Shown in pieces: positions 1-8,950 of a stretch of 64,000 nt of DNA. The stretch is taken from the NCBI GenBank assembly GCA_016183365.1, contig JACPES010000003.1, positions 345,154 to 409,153 of the forward strand, written 5' to 3'. This DNA is from Candidatus Collierbacteria bacterium. GTDB lineage: Bacteria; Patescibacteriota; Microgenomatia; UBA1400; JACPES01. Under the pieces are notes generated by a model. The model was not told where the DNA came from. It did no database searches and worked only from the letters and a program-made list of their open reading frames with translations. The stretch's first letter is position 1. Each line of letters opens with the position of its first letter. A program made the position numbers and the translations under genes.

Positions 1-1
1 C

Positions 2-1291
2 ATCTCCCCTTGGCATTTGCAATTTTCCCGCATTGCCTTTGAGGCAAACATCGGGCTGCTCTTCTTTGTCGCCGGGATGTGGTTATTGATTAGAGCGTTA
101 GATCAGAATTCGCTATGGTCAATGTTTTTTTCTGTTGTTTTCATGAGTGCGGCGATGATGTCATATCACAGCTTAAGGGTGGTGGCACCGTTGCTAGTGT
201 TTGTAACATTGTGGATTTACAGAATGGAATTTTTGTCTCTATTAAGGTGTAACCTTGCAGAAGCAAAGTTACACCTTTTTAGGAGATCAACTCTACCGCT
301 AATTTTGTCAGCCTTTTTAGCCATTCTAACCATTCTAACCATTTCATATACCATCTTTTTCCAAAAGGTAGGCCAATCCAGATTTGAGAAAACCAGTTTT
401 CTGACTATAGATAATCTGTTAACCGTTAGTCGGGATAGGTTGGAAAAATACGGCAGAAATCCGCTGGATAAAATAATCAATTTAAAATATCTTGTTTATG
501 GCAAACAATACATTAAAGGATATTTGGATCATTTTGATTTAAGATTTTGGTTTTTGAATGGTGATAGGATTGATCGCCATCGGGCCACAAGCGTTGGGCT
601 TTTATATTGGTGGGAATTGCCGTTATTGGTCATGGGTCTGATTTTTATTTTGAAGAGGTCCTTCGACTCCGCTCAGGACAGAAAATCAGCTAGAGCGCTG
701 ATTTTTTGGTTTCTTCTTGCCCCCGCCGCGTCCGCTTTGACCGGAGGGACTCCGTCGGCGGTGAGAAGTTTGCTTTTTTTGCCGACTTTCCAGATTTTTG
801 AAGGGATCGGATTAATTTGGTTAATTGGTCGAATTCGTCAAATTGGCCAAATTAAGCGAATTTGGCCGTTGCTTTTTGCTTTTTGTTTTTTGCTCTTCGC
901 TTCTTTTGAAATTGGTCATTACTTCCATCAATATTATGTTCATTCTCCATTAGAATACGCCCCCGCCTGGCAATACGGTTATAAGCAGATGGTGGAAAGA
1001 GCAATGGCGGAAAAAAATGATTATGAAAAAATTGTGGTGACAACTTCTTATGACCAGCCATATATTTATTTTTTATGGTACGGGAATTATGATCCTAAAA
1101 TTTGGGTGAACGATGGCGAATTTAACAAGTTTTTTGACAAATTCGAATTCAGAAAAATTGAGTGGGACCAATTTTCTGATCAACAGAGAATTCTGGTCAT
1201 CTCATCTTCGGATGAGACTAAAGGTAAACCGATAAAATGGCAAATTAATTATCCTGACGGAAAAACAGCATTTAATGCTACAGAATTATGA
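2..1291 (+). CDS. GT-C (PMT/ArnT, GT39-like) membrane glycosyltransferase, 5'-truncated by window edge
   Basis: Frame is open from base 2 (ISPWHLQFSRIAFEAN); multiple TM segments; WQYGYK and YDQPYIY motifs typical of this family. Confidence 0.75.
   Translation: MSPWHLQFSRIAFEANIGLLFFVAGMWLLIRALDQNSLWSMFFSVVFMSAAMMSYHSLRVVAPLLVFVTLWIYRMEFLSLLRCNLAEAKLHLFRRSTLPLILSAFLAILTILTISYTIFFQKVGQSRFEKTSFLTIDNLLTVSRDRLEKYGRNPLDKIINLKYLVYGKQYIKGYLDHFDLRFWFLNGDRIDRHRATSVGLLYWWELPLLVMGLIFILKRSFDSAQDRKSARALIFWFLLAPAASALTGGTPSAVRSLLFLPTFQIFEGIGLIWLIGRIRQIGQIKRIWPLLFAFCFLLFASFEIGHYFHQYYVHSPLEYAPAWQYGYKQMVERAMAEKNDYEKIVVTTSYDQPYIYFLWYGNYDPKIWVNDGEFNKFFDKFEFRKIEWDQFSDQQRILVISSSDETKGKPIKWQINYPDGKTAFNATEL
244..277. 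repeat. AAGG-N5-CCTT doublet palindrome, in frame in CDS
   Basis: aaggtgtaaccttgc-agaa-gcaaagttacacctt (1 mismatch); reads RCNLAEAKLHL. Confidence 0.8.
655..680 (+). repeat. REP-like half element, in frame
   Basis: gaggtccttcgactccgctcaggaca; resembles the inner part of the 12059/20171 element; reads RSFDSAQD. Confidence 0.6.
814..903 (+). repeat. Adjacent 9-mer (aattNNNNN x6) and 7-mer (ttgcttt-like x5) tandem arrays, in frame
   Basis: aatttggtt aattggtcg aattcgtca aattggcca aattaagcg aatttggcc; then ttgcttt ttgcttt ttgtttt ttgctct tcgcttc. A shorter 9-mer array (taaccattc-like x3) lies at 318-344. Confidence 0.7.
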
Positions 1292-1350
1292 AAATCATGA
1301 AAGCATTAAAACAAAATGCTCTAATGCTCCAATGTTCTAATGCTCTAATG
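1288..1350. repeat. Inverted pair of 8-mer arrays at gene junction
   Basis: atgaaagc attaaaac ... aatgctct aatgctcc aatgttct aatgctct aatg. Confidence 0.7.
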
Positions 1351-3123
1351 AAAAAGCCTATCTTCATATCAATTCTGATAATTTTGATCTTTAGTTTATT
1401 TGGTGCAAAAGCCTTATTTCATTCCGGCTTTTATACCAGTCATGACGGAGAACATCAGTTGGTCAGGCAATATGCGTTTGAGCAAGGGCTAAAAGACCGG
1501 CAAATTCCGGTTAGGTTTAGCCGCCAGCTGTACAACGGATACGGCTATCCATTATTTTTCTTTACTTATCGTTTGCCCTTTTACGCCGGAGAAGTATTTC
1601 GGCTGGCAGGGTTATCTTTTCAGGATAGCATCAAAACGGTATTCTTTGTGGCTTACATATTTTCCGGTCTGGCAATGTTTTGGTTTGCGCGGCGATGGGG
1701 AAATTTGGCCGGCCTGACTGCGGCAATTTTGTATATGTGGGTACCATATAGATTTTCAGTGATGTTTGTTAGGGCGGCTCTGGGAGAACATGCAGCGGCG
1801 ATATTTGTACCGTTATTGTTTGGGAGTATATCTAGCGGCAGGAAAATTAAGATTAATGTTTTAGCTGGGACAGTGGCGATTGTCGGTTTGTTTTTATCTC
1901 ACGCCATGATGGCGCAAATAGTTTTGTTAGCGTTTATTCCCTGGATAGTGACACATTTCTTTATAAATCGATGGAAAATGTCATTGCGAGCGACCAAAGG
2001 AAGCGCGGCAATCTCGTCTTTAGATTCAGATTGCCACGTCGCCAGAGCTCCTCGCAATGACGAAAGTGAGTATGCAAATAATTCGATAATTTTTATCTTA
2101 AAAACAATCTTCATGTTTATTTTAGGGGTGGGACTGGCGGCGTATTATTTGATTCCGGCGGCGGCCTATCGAGGGTTAACCCAGAAACTTAATCCTAATT
2201 ATTTTGCCGACCATTTTGTAACTTTAAAGCAGCTTATTTATTCTCCATGGGGATACGCGTTTTCCATGAAAGGAGTGGAGAGTGACGGAATGTCATTTCA
2301 GGTAGGGATGGCGCAATGGATTGTTGTCGGGCTGGTAATTATATTGGTTGCTATTTTTCTTCTAAAAAGGAGTCTCCTTTTTGCAAGGGAAAGATATATA
2401 TTGATAGAGTCAATATCGCTTTTGGTAATTTTTTTTCTTTCCATTTTCTTAATGACCGAAAAGTCGACTCAGATTTGGAACTGGTGGAAAAATTATATAA
2501 ATATTGATATGCCGTGGAGATTTTTGTTGATAACTACTTTTTCTGCCAGCGCTCTGGCCGGGATAGTTATAAAAGGCCTGGCCTTGTCCTGCAAGGCCAG
2601 GCCTTTATTGGCTATAATTTTAGTAGGTTTAGCCATCTATACCAATCGGAATCACCTACGGGTTAACGAATATCTTAATTATCCAGATAGCAAATTGGTG
2701 GAATATCGGGGGACAAGCAATAGCGACAACGAGTACCGGCCAAAGTGGGATGACGGAGGAATTGCTAATACGTTTAAGCCGGAGGCGTTGATCTCTAAAG
2801 GTAGTGGCGAATTGACGGTTATTAGGAGTAAATCTAATTTATTGGAATTGGCAGTCAGGGCGGACGAGGATATCAGGGTTGATATTAATACTCTTTATTT
2901 CCCGGGTTGGAAAGTTTTTGTAGATGGCAGAGAGATTAACTTTAAATACGCCGGAGAAAAAGGAATAATAAGAATTGATTTAGGAAATGGGTATCATATG
3001 GTGGAAGCTAAATTTAGTGAACCAACTGCTGCCATGATCGGAGATTTGGTTAGCATTGGAAGTTTGATAGCTTTGATAAGTGTTATTAAAACATTAAAAC
3101 ACGAGAGCACTAAAACAATTTGA
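1288..3123 (+). CDS. YfhO/PTPS-related GT-C-fold membrane protein (start 1288 or 1348)
   Basis: HDGEHQ, GYGYPLFFF, VRAALGE, PWRFL and YFPGWKVFVDG motifs; multi-TM. Confidence 0.75.
   Translation: MKIMKALKQNALMLQCSNALMKKPIFISILIILIFSLFGAKALFHSGFYTSHDGEHQLVRQYAFEQGLKDRQIPVRFSRQLYNGYGYPLFFFTYRLPFYAGEVFRLAGLSFQDSIKTVFFVAYIFSGLAMFWFARRWGNLAGLTAAILYMWVPYRFSVMFVRAALGEHAAAIFVPLLFGSISSGRKIKINVLAGTVAIVGLFLSHAMMAQIVLLAFIPWIVTHFFINRWKMSLRATKGSAAISSLDSDCHVARAPRNDESEYANNSIIFILKTIFMFILGVGLAAYYLIPAAAYRGLTQKLNPNYFADHFVTLKQLIYSPWGYAFSMKGVESDGMSFQVGMAQWIVVGLVIILVAIFLLKRSLLFARERYILIESISLLVIFFLSIFLMTEKSTQIWNWWKNYINIDMPWRFLLITTFSASALAGIVIKGLALSCKARPLLAIILVGLAIYTNRNHLRVNEYLNYPDSKLVEYRGTSNSDNEYRPKWDDGGIANTFKPEALISKGSGELTVIRSKSNLLELAVRADEDIRVDINTLYFPGWKVFVDGREINFKYAGEKGIIRIDLGNGYHMVEAKFSEPTAAMIGDLVSIGSLIALISVIKTLKHESTKTI
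1980..2061. repeat. GTCAT..ATGAC palindromic (REP/RPE-like) element, in frame
   Basis: Terminal arms gtcattgcgag ... ctcgcaatgac; inner ggcaatct/agattgcc; reads SLRATKGSAAISSLDSDCHVARAPRND. Confidence 0.9.
2572..2606. repeat. AAGG-N5-CCTT doublet palindrome, in frame
   Basis: aaaggcctggccttg-tcctg-caaggccaggccttt; reads KGLALSCKARP. A single unit aaggagtctcctt lies at 2367-2379. Confidence 0.85.
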
Positions 3124-3154
3124 TTTAATGCTTGAATGTTTTCATGATTTTATG
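3085..3154. repeat. Inverted pair of 8-mer arrays spanning a stop/start junction
   Basis: attaaaac attaaaac acgagagc actaaaac / gatttaat gcttgaat gttttcat gattttat g. Confidence 0.7.
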
Positions 3155-3916
3155 AATAAACCTAAAGTCATCATCGTCATGCCGGCTTATAATGCCGCCA
3201 AAACTATCGCTAAAACCATTGGCGATATACCAAAAGGATTGGTAAGCGAAATAATCGTGGTTGACGATCATTCAACGGATGATACTGTAAAAGTAGCCAG
3301 AAAACTTGGTTTAACGGTGTTTGAACATCCAAATAATCTTGGTTATGGCGGCAATCAAAAAACCTGTTATTGGGAGGCGTTAAAAAGAAATCCCGATGTG
3401 GTGGTTATGCTCCATCCGGACTATCAATATGATTCCAGCTTATTATCGGATTTAGTTACTCCGATTATAAATAACAAATACGATTTTATGTTTGGCAACA
3501 GAATTCATTCCCGTCAGGAGGCTTTTGATGGTGGTATGCCAAAAAGGAAATATTTCTTTAACAGGTTATTTACTATTTTGGCTAACACGGTTTTGGGCTT
3601 GAACCATCCGGAATACTTATCCGGTTTGCGGGCTTATTCCATAAAGTCTTTGAAACTGGTGCCGTTCCAGAGGTTTTCCAACGATTTTGCCTTTGACCAG
3701 CAATTTATGTTTTCAGCGGTCAGTTTCGGTTTGAGAATCGGCAGTATTCCGATTCCCACCCGTTATTATAATGATTCTTCTTCAATCCAATGGTGGCCCG
3801 GAGTCAAATTCGGTTTGGAGAGCCTGTGGGTGTTATTTAGATTGTTCCTGCATCAAAATGGTATATTTAAATCCGAATGGTTCCGTCATTCCGGCATCCG
3901 TCATTCCCCGACTTGA
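3152..3916 (+). CDS. GT2 polyprenol-phosphate glycosyltransferase (DPM-synthase-like; alternative start 3128)
   Basis: VMPAYNAA, VVDDHSTD, NLGYGG, LHPDYQYD, SGLRAY. Confidence 0.9.
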   Translation: MNKPKVIIVMPAYNAAKTIAKTIGDIPKGLVSEIIVVDDHSTDDTVKVARKLGLTVFEHPNNLGYGGNQKTCYWEALKRNPDVVVMLHPDYQYDSSLLSDLVTPIINNKYDFMFGNRIHSRQEAFDGGMPKRKYFFNRLFTILANTVLGLNHPEYLSGLRAYSIKSLKLVPFQRFSNDFAFDQQFMFSAVSFGLRIGSIPIPTRYYNDSSSIQWWPGVKFGLESLWVLFRLFLHQNGIFKSEWFRHSGIRHSPT

Positions 3917-3970
3917 ACGGGGAATCTATAAAGATGATTTGTATGGGTTTCATCTCGAGGCAGGAATGAC
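3885..3970. repeat. GTCAT..ATGAC element overlapping the GT2 C-terminus and supplying its stop
   Basis: gtcattcc twice (3885, 3900); inner ttccccg/cggggaa hairpin; ends ggaatgac. Confidence 0.8.
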
Positions 3971-4011
3971 ATTATTTATTTCTTTGGAAATTGCTACAAT
4001 ACAAACTATCT

Positions 4012-4692
4012 ATGGCTGAACCGATAGCTTTGGAAGGTAAGGTGACGGCTTCTATCCGCGAGTTGAGATTTTCTTTTGCCGGAGTGGTTGAGAGTATTTC
4101 CGTGGAAACCGGGAAAATCGTAGGCGCGGGGACGATAATGGCTCGGTTGAAAACAAGTGAATTGGGAAAGAAGCACCAGCTAAAGTTGGAAGCGTATAAT
4201 AAAATACGCGCTACCTTTGAGCAACTGAAGAAGAAGCTGGATGACAATGACGATCCCGATAAAAAATATCTGATGGATCGGGCCCAAGCCGACCTTAACT
4301 CCAGCGTTTTAGAAGTGGAACTTTCCCAATTGGAGCTTGACTCGGCGGAATTGAAGTGTCCTTTTAACGGCTTGGTGATTGATGATGGCGGAATAGCGGC
4401 GAGGATGGCAATTTCTCCGGCATCTTTTCCAATTAAAGTTATCGATTTTTCAACTTTAAAAGTGATGGCAGAGATTGATCAGGACAAAATGCCCTTGATC
4501 AAAACCGAAAATTATATAGAATTCAAGCCGATTGCGATTCCTGGTAAAGTTTATAAAGGCAGAGTTTTAGGCTTTACTCCGACTTCGGTAGAAGGTAAAT
4601 CCGACAAGTTCGGGCTGTGGTGCATCTTAGAAAAAACCGAGAGTCTTCTGTCGGGAATGAAGGGAAGCTTAAAAGTTTTCCAGGACAGATGA
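4012..4692 (+). CDS. HlyD/RND-type membrane-fusion (adaptor) domain protein
   Basis: Split lipoyl halves (LRFSFAGVVESISVETG; LKCPFNGLV) around a coiled coil, then a beta-barrel (LKVMAEIDQD..LLSGMKG). Confidence 0.7.
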   Translation: MAEPIALEGKVTASIRELRFSFAGVVESISVETGKIVGAGTIMARLKTSELGKKHQLKLEAYNKIRATFEQLKKKLDDNDDPDKKYLMDRAQADLNSSVLEVELSQLELDSAELKCPFNGLVIDDGGIAARMAISPASFPIKVIDFSTLKVMAEIDQDKMPLIKTENYIEFKPIAIPGKVYKGRVLGFTPTSVEGKSDKFGLWCILEKTESLLSGMKGSLKVFQDR

Positions 4693-5729
4693 AAATAGTA
4701 ATTAATACTTCATTTTTAAATTCGGAGCATAAAACCCGCGGCATCGGCAGATATACCAAGAAATTGGTTGAAAGTCTTAGGGCTCTGGGATCAGATCATA
4801 AGATACTTTTAACCAGTAAGGTTGAGCTGGTTAAAAGTCCGGATGTGATTCATTATCCGAATTTTGATTTGTTCCGCAAGTCGTTGCCCATATTCCCTTT
4901 GGCGCCGGTTGAGATAATTACTATTCATGATTTGACACCATTAAGGATGAAAGATTTTTTCAAACCGGGGTTAAGAAGCGGCTTAGCCCTGTGGATCCAA
5001 TCAATTTTGGTCAAAAGAATGAAAGCGGTCATCACCGATTCAGAACATTCAAAATCCGACATAATTGAATTTTTGTCAATCCCTCCGGAAAAAATTAATG
5101 TTATTCCTTTGGGCGTGGATAAAGATTTTAATCCGGTAACTATTCAGAAAATAAAATCCGTCCAAAAAATATATTCCTTGCCGGAAAAATATTTATTGTA
5201 TGTCGGAGACGTCAATCCCAATAAAAATTTACCGGTTTTGTTAAGAGTGGTGGCCAAGTTAAAAATTCATTTGGTGATTGTTAGCCGGGCATTTGAGAAA
5301 AATTCGCTCCCGGAAATTATCAGTTTGCGTCAAATGATTTTAGACCTCGGAATAAGTCATTTGGTTAAAGTTCTGCCATCGGTCCAAATGGATCCAGCTG
5401 ACGACTTGGCCGCGATTTATTCCGGGGCTCTTGTTTATGTTCAACCCAGTCTTTACGAAGGGTTTGGTTTGCCGGTTTTGGAGGCTATGGCTTGCGGAGT
5501 GTCGGTGGTTTCATCCAATACCTCGTCTTTGCCGGAAGTTACGGGTGACGCCGCTTGGTTGGTTAAACCGACGGAGATTAATTTGGCGGAAGGAATTAAA
5601 AAATTATTGTCGGACAGTGATTTAAGGCGGAAGCTGATTCAAAAGGGTTTGGCCAGAGTGAAAAAGTTTGATTGGGGAAAAACTGCCGCCCTAACTTTAA
5701 AAGTTTATGAAAAAGCTGTTCAGCTCTGA
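4689..5729 (+). CDS. GT4 glycosyltransferase (MtfB-like)
   Basis: RGIGRY, TIHDL, PNKNL, SLYEGFGLPVLEAMACG; ATGA overlap at 4689. Confidence 0.92.
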   Translation: MKIVINTSFLNSEHKTRGIGRYTKKLVESLRALGSDHKILLTSKVELVKSPDVIHYPNFDLFRKSLPIFPLAPVEIITIHDLTPLRMKDFFKPGLRSGLALWIQSILVKRMKAVITDSEHSKSDIIEFLSIPPEKINVIPLGVDKDFNPVTIQKIKSVQKIYSLPEKYLLYVGDVNPNKNLPVLLRVVAKLKIHLVIVSRAFEKNSLPEIISLRQMILDLGISHLVKVLPSVQMDPADDLAAIYSGALVYVQPSLYEGFGLPVLEAMACGVSVVSSNTSSLPEVTGDAAWLVKPTEINLAEGIKKLLSDSDLRRKLIQKGLARVKKFDWGKTAALTLKVYEKAVQL

Positions 5730-6882
5730 AATATTGAAAGTTTTAAGAATCACTTTTTGGTGGAGAATCGGCCTGTTTTTATTAGGGTTGATTTCCACCA
5801 GCCTGATAGGATTTTTGTTTCCATATCCTAACTTTCAAAAATTAATCGAATTGGGAAACGGGATTCCCTCGATTTGGGCCTGGGGCGGATTTGACGGAAT
5901 CCATTATTTGACTATTGCCGAATCAGGATACGTGGCAGATTTTACCCAAGCCTTTTTTCCGCTTTTTCCGTGGATAATCGGATTAGTCGGAAAATATCTA
6001 TCATTGAATTCACTTTATAGCGCCTTGTTGGTGGGAAATTTGTCTCTATTGATCGCAGTCTGTTTGTTTTGGCGCTTATTGCGGATTGATTTTAAAAGCG
6101 ATCAGTCAAGGCAAATAATCTTAAGTTTATTGCTTTTCCCGACCGCGTTTTTTTTGGGAGCGATTTACGGAGAAGCGTTTTTCTTGTGTTTAGTGTTTGG
6201 CAGTTTCTTGGCGGCCAGAAGAAAAAAATGGTTGTTAGCCGGAGTTTTGGGAGCAATGGCCGCTGCTACCCGTTTGGTGGGAATATTCCTACTGCTGGCT
6301 TTGGCGGTTGAATATTGGTTGCAGTTAAAAGAGTCTAGGCTTTTTGTCAAACCCAGCAAGTCTTCCATGATCGTTCCGCTTCTGTCTATTTGTATGGTTT
6401 CTCTAGGGCTGATCGCCTACATGGTTTATTTAAATCAACATTTTAACGACCCGTTAAAATTTATCCATTCTCAACCAGCTTTCGGGGCCAGCCGGTCTGA
6501 TAAAATTGTCCTTCTTTATCAGGTGTTTTGGCGTTACTTGAAGATGTCCGTTACGGTTAGTTTTTTTTCCGTGCTTTATTACCGAGTGATGTTGGAATTG
6601 TTTTCCGCCGCCACATTTTTGATCTTGGGCTTGATAGGCTTGAAAAAAACCCGTTTGTCATATTCTGTTTTTGGGCTCTTATCTTTCCTGGCTCCGACTT
6701 TAACCGGAACTTTCTCCAGTATGCCCAGATATATTTTGGTGATGTTTTCGGTATTTATCATAATCGGAAGTTGGCTCAATGGTGAGAAACGCCAAGGGTT
6801 GAGGTGGATTTATTATTCTATAAGTTCAGTATTACTGATCGTCAGCACAGTGTTGTTTTTGTCGGGAAGATTTTTGGCTTGA
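5707..6882 (+). CDS. PIG-V-like (GT76) mannosyltransferase, GT-C
   Basis: FDGIHYLTIAESGY, AFFPLFP, AIYGEA, ATRLVG, SMPRY. Confidence 0.85.
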   Translation: MKKLFSSEILKVLRITFWWRIGLFLLGLISTSLIGFLFPYPNFQKLIELGNGIPSIWAWGGFDGIHYLTIAESGYVADFTQAFFPLFPWIIGLVGKYLSLNSLYSALLVGNLSLLIAVCLFWRLLRIDFKSDQSRQIILSLLLFPTAFFLGAIYGEAFFLCLVFGSFLAARRKKWLLAGVLGAMAAATRLVGIFLLLALAVEYWLQLKESRLFVKPSKSSMIVPLLSICMVSLGLIAYMVYLNQHFNDPLKFIHSQPAFGASRSDKIVLLYQVFWRYLKMSVTVSFFSVLYYRVMLELFSAATFLILGLIGLKKTRLSYSVFGLLSFLAPTLTGTFSSMPRYILVMFSVFIIIGSWLNGEKRQGLRWIYYSISSVLLIVSTVLFLSGRFLA

Positions 6883-6885
6883 GTC

Positions 6886-6891
6886 TATAAT
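6886..6891 (+). promoter_or_regulatory. Putative -10 box for a leaderless transcript
   Basis: TATAAT ends 7 nt before ATG 6899; no Shine-Dalgarno. Confidence 0.5.
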
Positions 6892-6898
6892 ATTCTTT

Positions 6899-7831
6899 AT
6901 GAAAATTTTAGTCACCGGCGGAGCCGGATTTATTGCCAGTCATGTCATCGATGCCTATATATCGAAGGGTCACGAAGTCATAATAATTGACGATTTGTCA
7001 ACCGGGGTTAAAGAAAATATTAATCCCTTAGCTCGATTTTTTGAAGGCAGTATTGCTGATGAAGAATTTGTCGAGTCGGTGATATCTTCTCAAAAACCTG
7101 AAGTCTTAAATCATCACGCGGCCCATATCAATGTCGGAAAATCGGTGGACGATCCTAAATTTGACGCCGCAATTAATATTTTGGGAACGATCAACTTAAT
7201 GCAATCGTTGGTAAAATATAAGTCGCTGAAAAAAGTTATTTTTGCCTCCACCGGCGGGGCGATGTACGGGAATAAACCGACTCCGTTTAATGAAGAAATG
7301 ATGTCGGCCCCTTTGTCGCCATATGGAGTTTCAAAAAGGTCGGCGGAACTTTATCTCGGGTTTTATCACGCCCAATACGGCATTCCGTTTGTGGCTTTAA
7401 GATACGCCAACGTCTATGGTCCCAGGCAAAATCCCAATGGAGAAGCAGGAGTGGTTTCTATATTTTCTAAAAAAATATTGGAAAGGAAGCAGCCGGTGAT
7501 AAACGGCGATGGTTCACAGACCCGAGATTATGTTTTTGTGGAAGATGTAGTTGAAGCCAATGTTTTGGCCTTAGAAACGTCGGAGGTCGGGGTTTTTAAC
7601 ATTGGAACTTCTATCGAGACCGACGTCAATTCAATTTTCGAATTGGTCGGTAACAATTTTGGGGCGGATTGGAAGCAGGTTCATGGTCCATCGAGGGCGG
7701 GCGAACAAATTACCAGCAGTTTATCTTTCAAAAAAGCCAAGCAAATCTTGAACTGGCAGCCCAAAATTAAATTGGAAGACGGAATTAAAAAAACCGTTGA
7801 ATGGTTTAAGTCGCATCAGGAGAGGATCTAA
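6899..7831 (+). CDS. NAD-dependent epimerase (UDP-glucose 4-epimerase-like SDR)
   Basis: TGGAGFIA, STGGAMYG, YGVSK, RYANVYGPRQ. Confidence 0.92.
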   Translation: MKILVTGGAGFIASHVIDAYISKGHEVIIIDDLSTGVKENINPLARFFEGSIADEEFVESVISSQKPEVLNHHAAHINVGKSVDDPKFDAAINILGTINLMQSLVKYKSLKKVIFASTGGAMYGNKPTPFNEEMMSAPLSPYGVSKRSAELYLGFYHAQYGIPFVALRYANVYGPRQNPNGEAGVVSIFSKKILERKQPVINGDGSQTRDYVFVEDVVEANVLALETSEVGVFNIGTSIETDVNSIFELVGNNFGADWKQVHGPSRAGEQITSSLSFKKAKQILNWQPKIKLEDGIKKTVEWFKSHQERI

Positions 7832-7857
7832 TGTAAAATGATTTAAATCATTTTACA
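7832..7857. repeat. Perfect 26-bp intergenic palindrome
   Basis: tgtaaaatgattt|aaatcattttaca directly after the stop codon. Confidence 0.8.
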
Positions 7858-7868
7858 AAACAATAATA

Positions 7869-8555
7869 ATGATGGGTCCCAGAAAACTTCTCGTGATCAT
7901 CCCTGCTTTTAATGAAGAAAAGGTTATTGCGGACACTATCAAGGGCGTGATCGACAATGTCAAAGTGGTAAAAATTTTGGTTGTTAACGACGGCTCAAAT
8001 GATAAGACAGGATATGAAGCCAAAAAAGCCGGGGCAATCGTTGTTTCTCATCCGATTAACCGGGGTTTGGGAGGCGCTTTGGGGACCGGACTTTATTGGG
8101 CTAAAGAACGGGACGTAGACTATGCAGTAACTTTTGACGCCGACGGCCAACATGATCCCATTGATATTTTAAAAGTGCTGGAGCCGATTATAAGCAGAAA
8201 GGCAGACGCAGTTATCGGAACCAGGACAAAACTAGGTTGGAGCGAAATCCCATGGGATCGAAAAATAGTTTTGACTTTAAGCAATTGGTTGACCTGGTGG
8301 CTATTCGGAATTAAAACCACAGATTCCACCTCCGGTTTACGGGCTTTTAATCGTCGGGCGATTGAAATGATTCAGATAAAAACCGATCAAATGGAAGTCA
8401 GCAACGAGTTTTTTTATGAGATTAAGCGGTGTAAATTAAGATTGAAAGAAATTCCGATTAAAGTTATGTATACAACATATTCCAGATCAAAAGGCCAGAA
8501 AAATAGCAATGCTTTCAGCGTCGGTGTAAAATTGTTGTTGAGGTTATTCAGATGA
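7869..8555 (+). CDS. GT2 polyprenol-phosphate glycosyltransferase
   Basis: IPAFNEE, VNDGSND, NRGLGGA, TFDADGQH, DSTSGLRA. Confidence 0.92.
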   Translation: MMGPRKLLVIIPAFNEEKVIADTIKGVIDNVKVVKILVVNDGSNDKTGYEAKKAGAIVVSHPINRGLGGALGTGLYWAKERDVDYAVTFDADGQHDPIDILKVLEPIISRKADAVIGTRTKLGWSEIPWDRKIVLTLSNWLTWWLFGIKTTDSTSGLRAFNRRAIEMIQIKTDQMEVSNEFFYEIKRCKLRLKEIPIKVMYTTYSRSKGQKNSNAFSVGVKLLLRLFR

Positions 8556-8563
8556 CGCTTGGC

Positions 8564-8610
8564 GTCATTTCGAGCGAGTCCGGTTTATCATAAGGCGAGT
8601 CGAGAAATCT
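8564..8610 (+). repeat. GTCAT-family left-half element, intergenic
   Basis: gtcatttcgagcgagtccggtttatcataaggcgagtcgagaaatct. Confidence 0.7.
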
Positions 8611-8614
8611 AGTT

Positions 8615-8950
8615 ATGAATTTTATTACTTTTCCGTTACAGCTTATCGCCATAGCATTTTTAATTTTTGCTTTTTCTAGGGTATGGTTAAGAACCAGAGA
8701 GGGTTCAATCGGATGGGGGATGTTCTTGTTTTGGATATTGGTTTGGATGTTGGTTTTAATAGCGGTCATCAAACCGGAGCTGATGACTCAATTGGCTAAA
8801 AGATTGGGGATAGGCCGGGGAGTTGACGTTGCCCTATATATTTCTATCGTCCTGTTGTTTTACCTGAATTTCAGAAGCAACGTTATGATTGAGAATTTGC
8901 GCCATGAGATCACCAGATTAACCCGAATTATCGCATTAGACCAGAAGTGA
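8615..8950 (+). CDS. DUF2304 family membrane protein (GT2 partner)
   Basis: 3 TM, LGIGRGVD, C-terminal ITRLTRIIAL; follows a GT2. Confidence 0.85.
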   Translation: MNFITFPLQLIAIAFLIFAFSRVWLRTREGSIGWGMFLFWILVWMLVLIAVIKPELMTQLAKRLGIGRGVDVALYISIVLLFYLNFRSNVMIENLRHEITRLTRIIALDQK

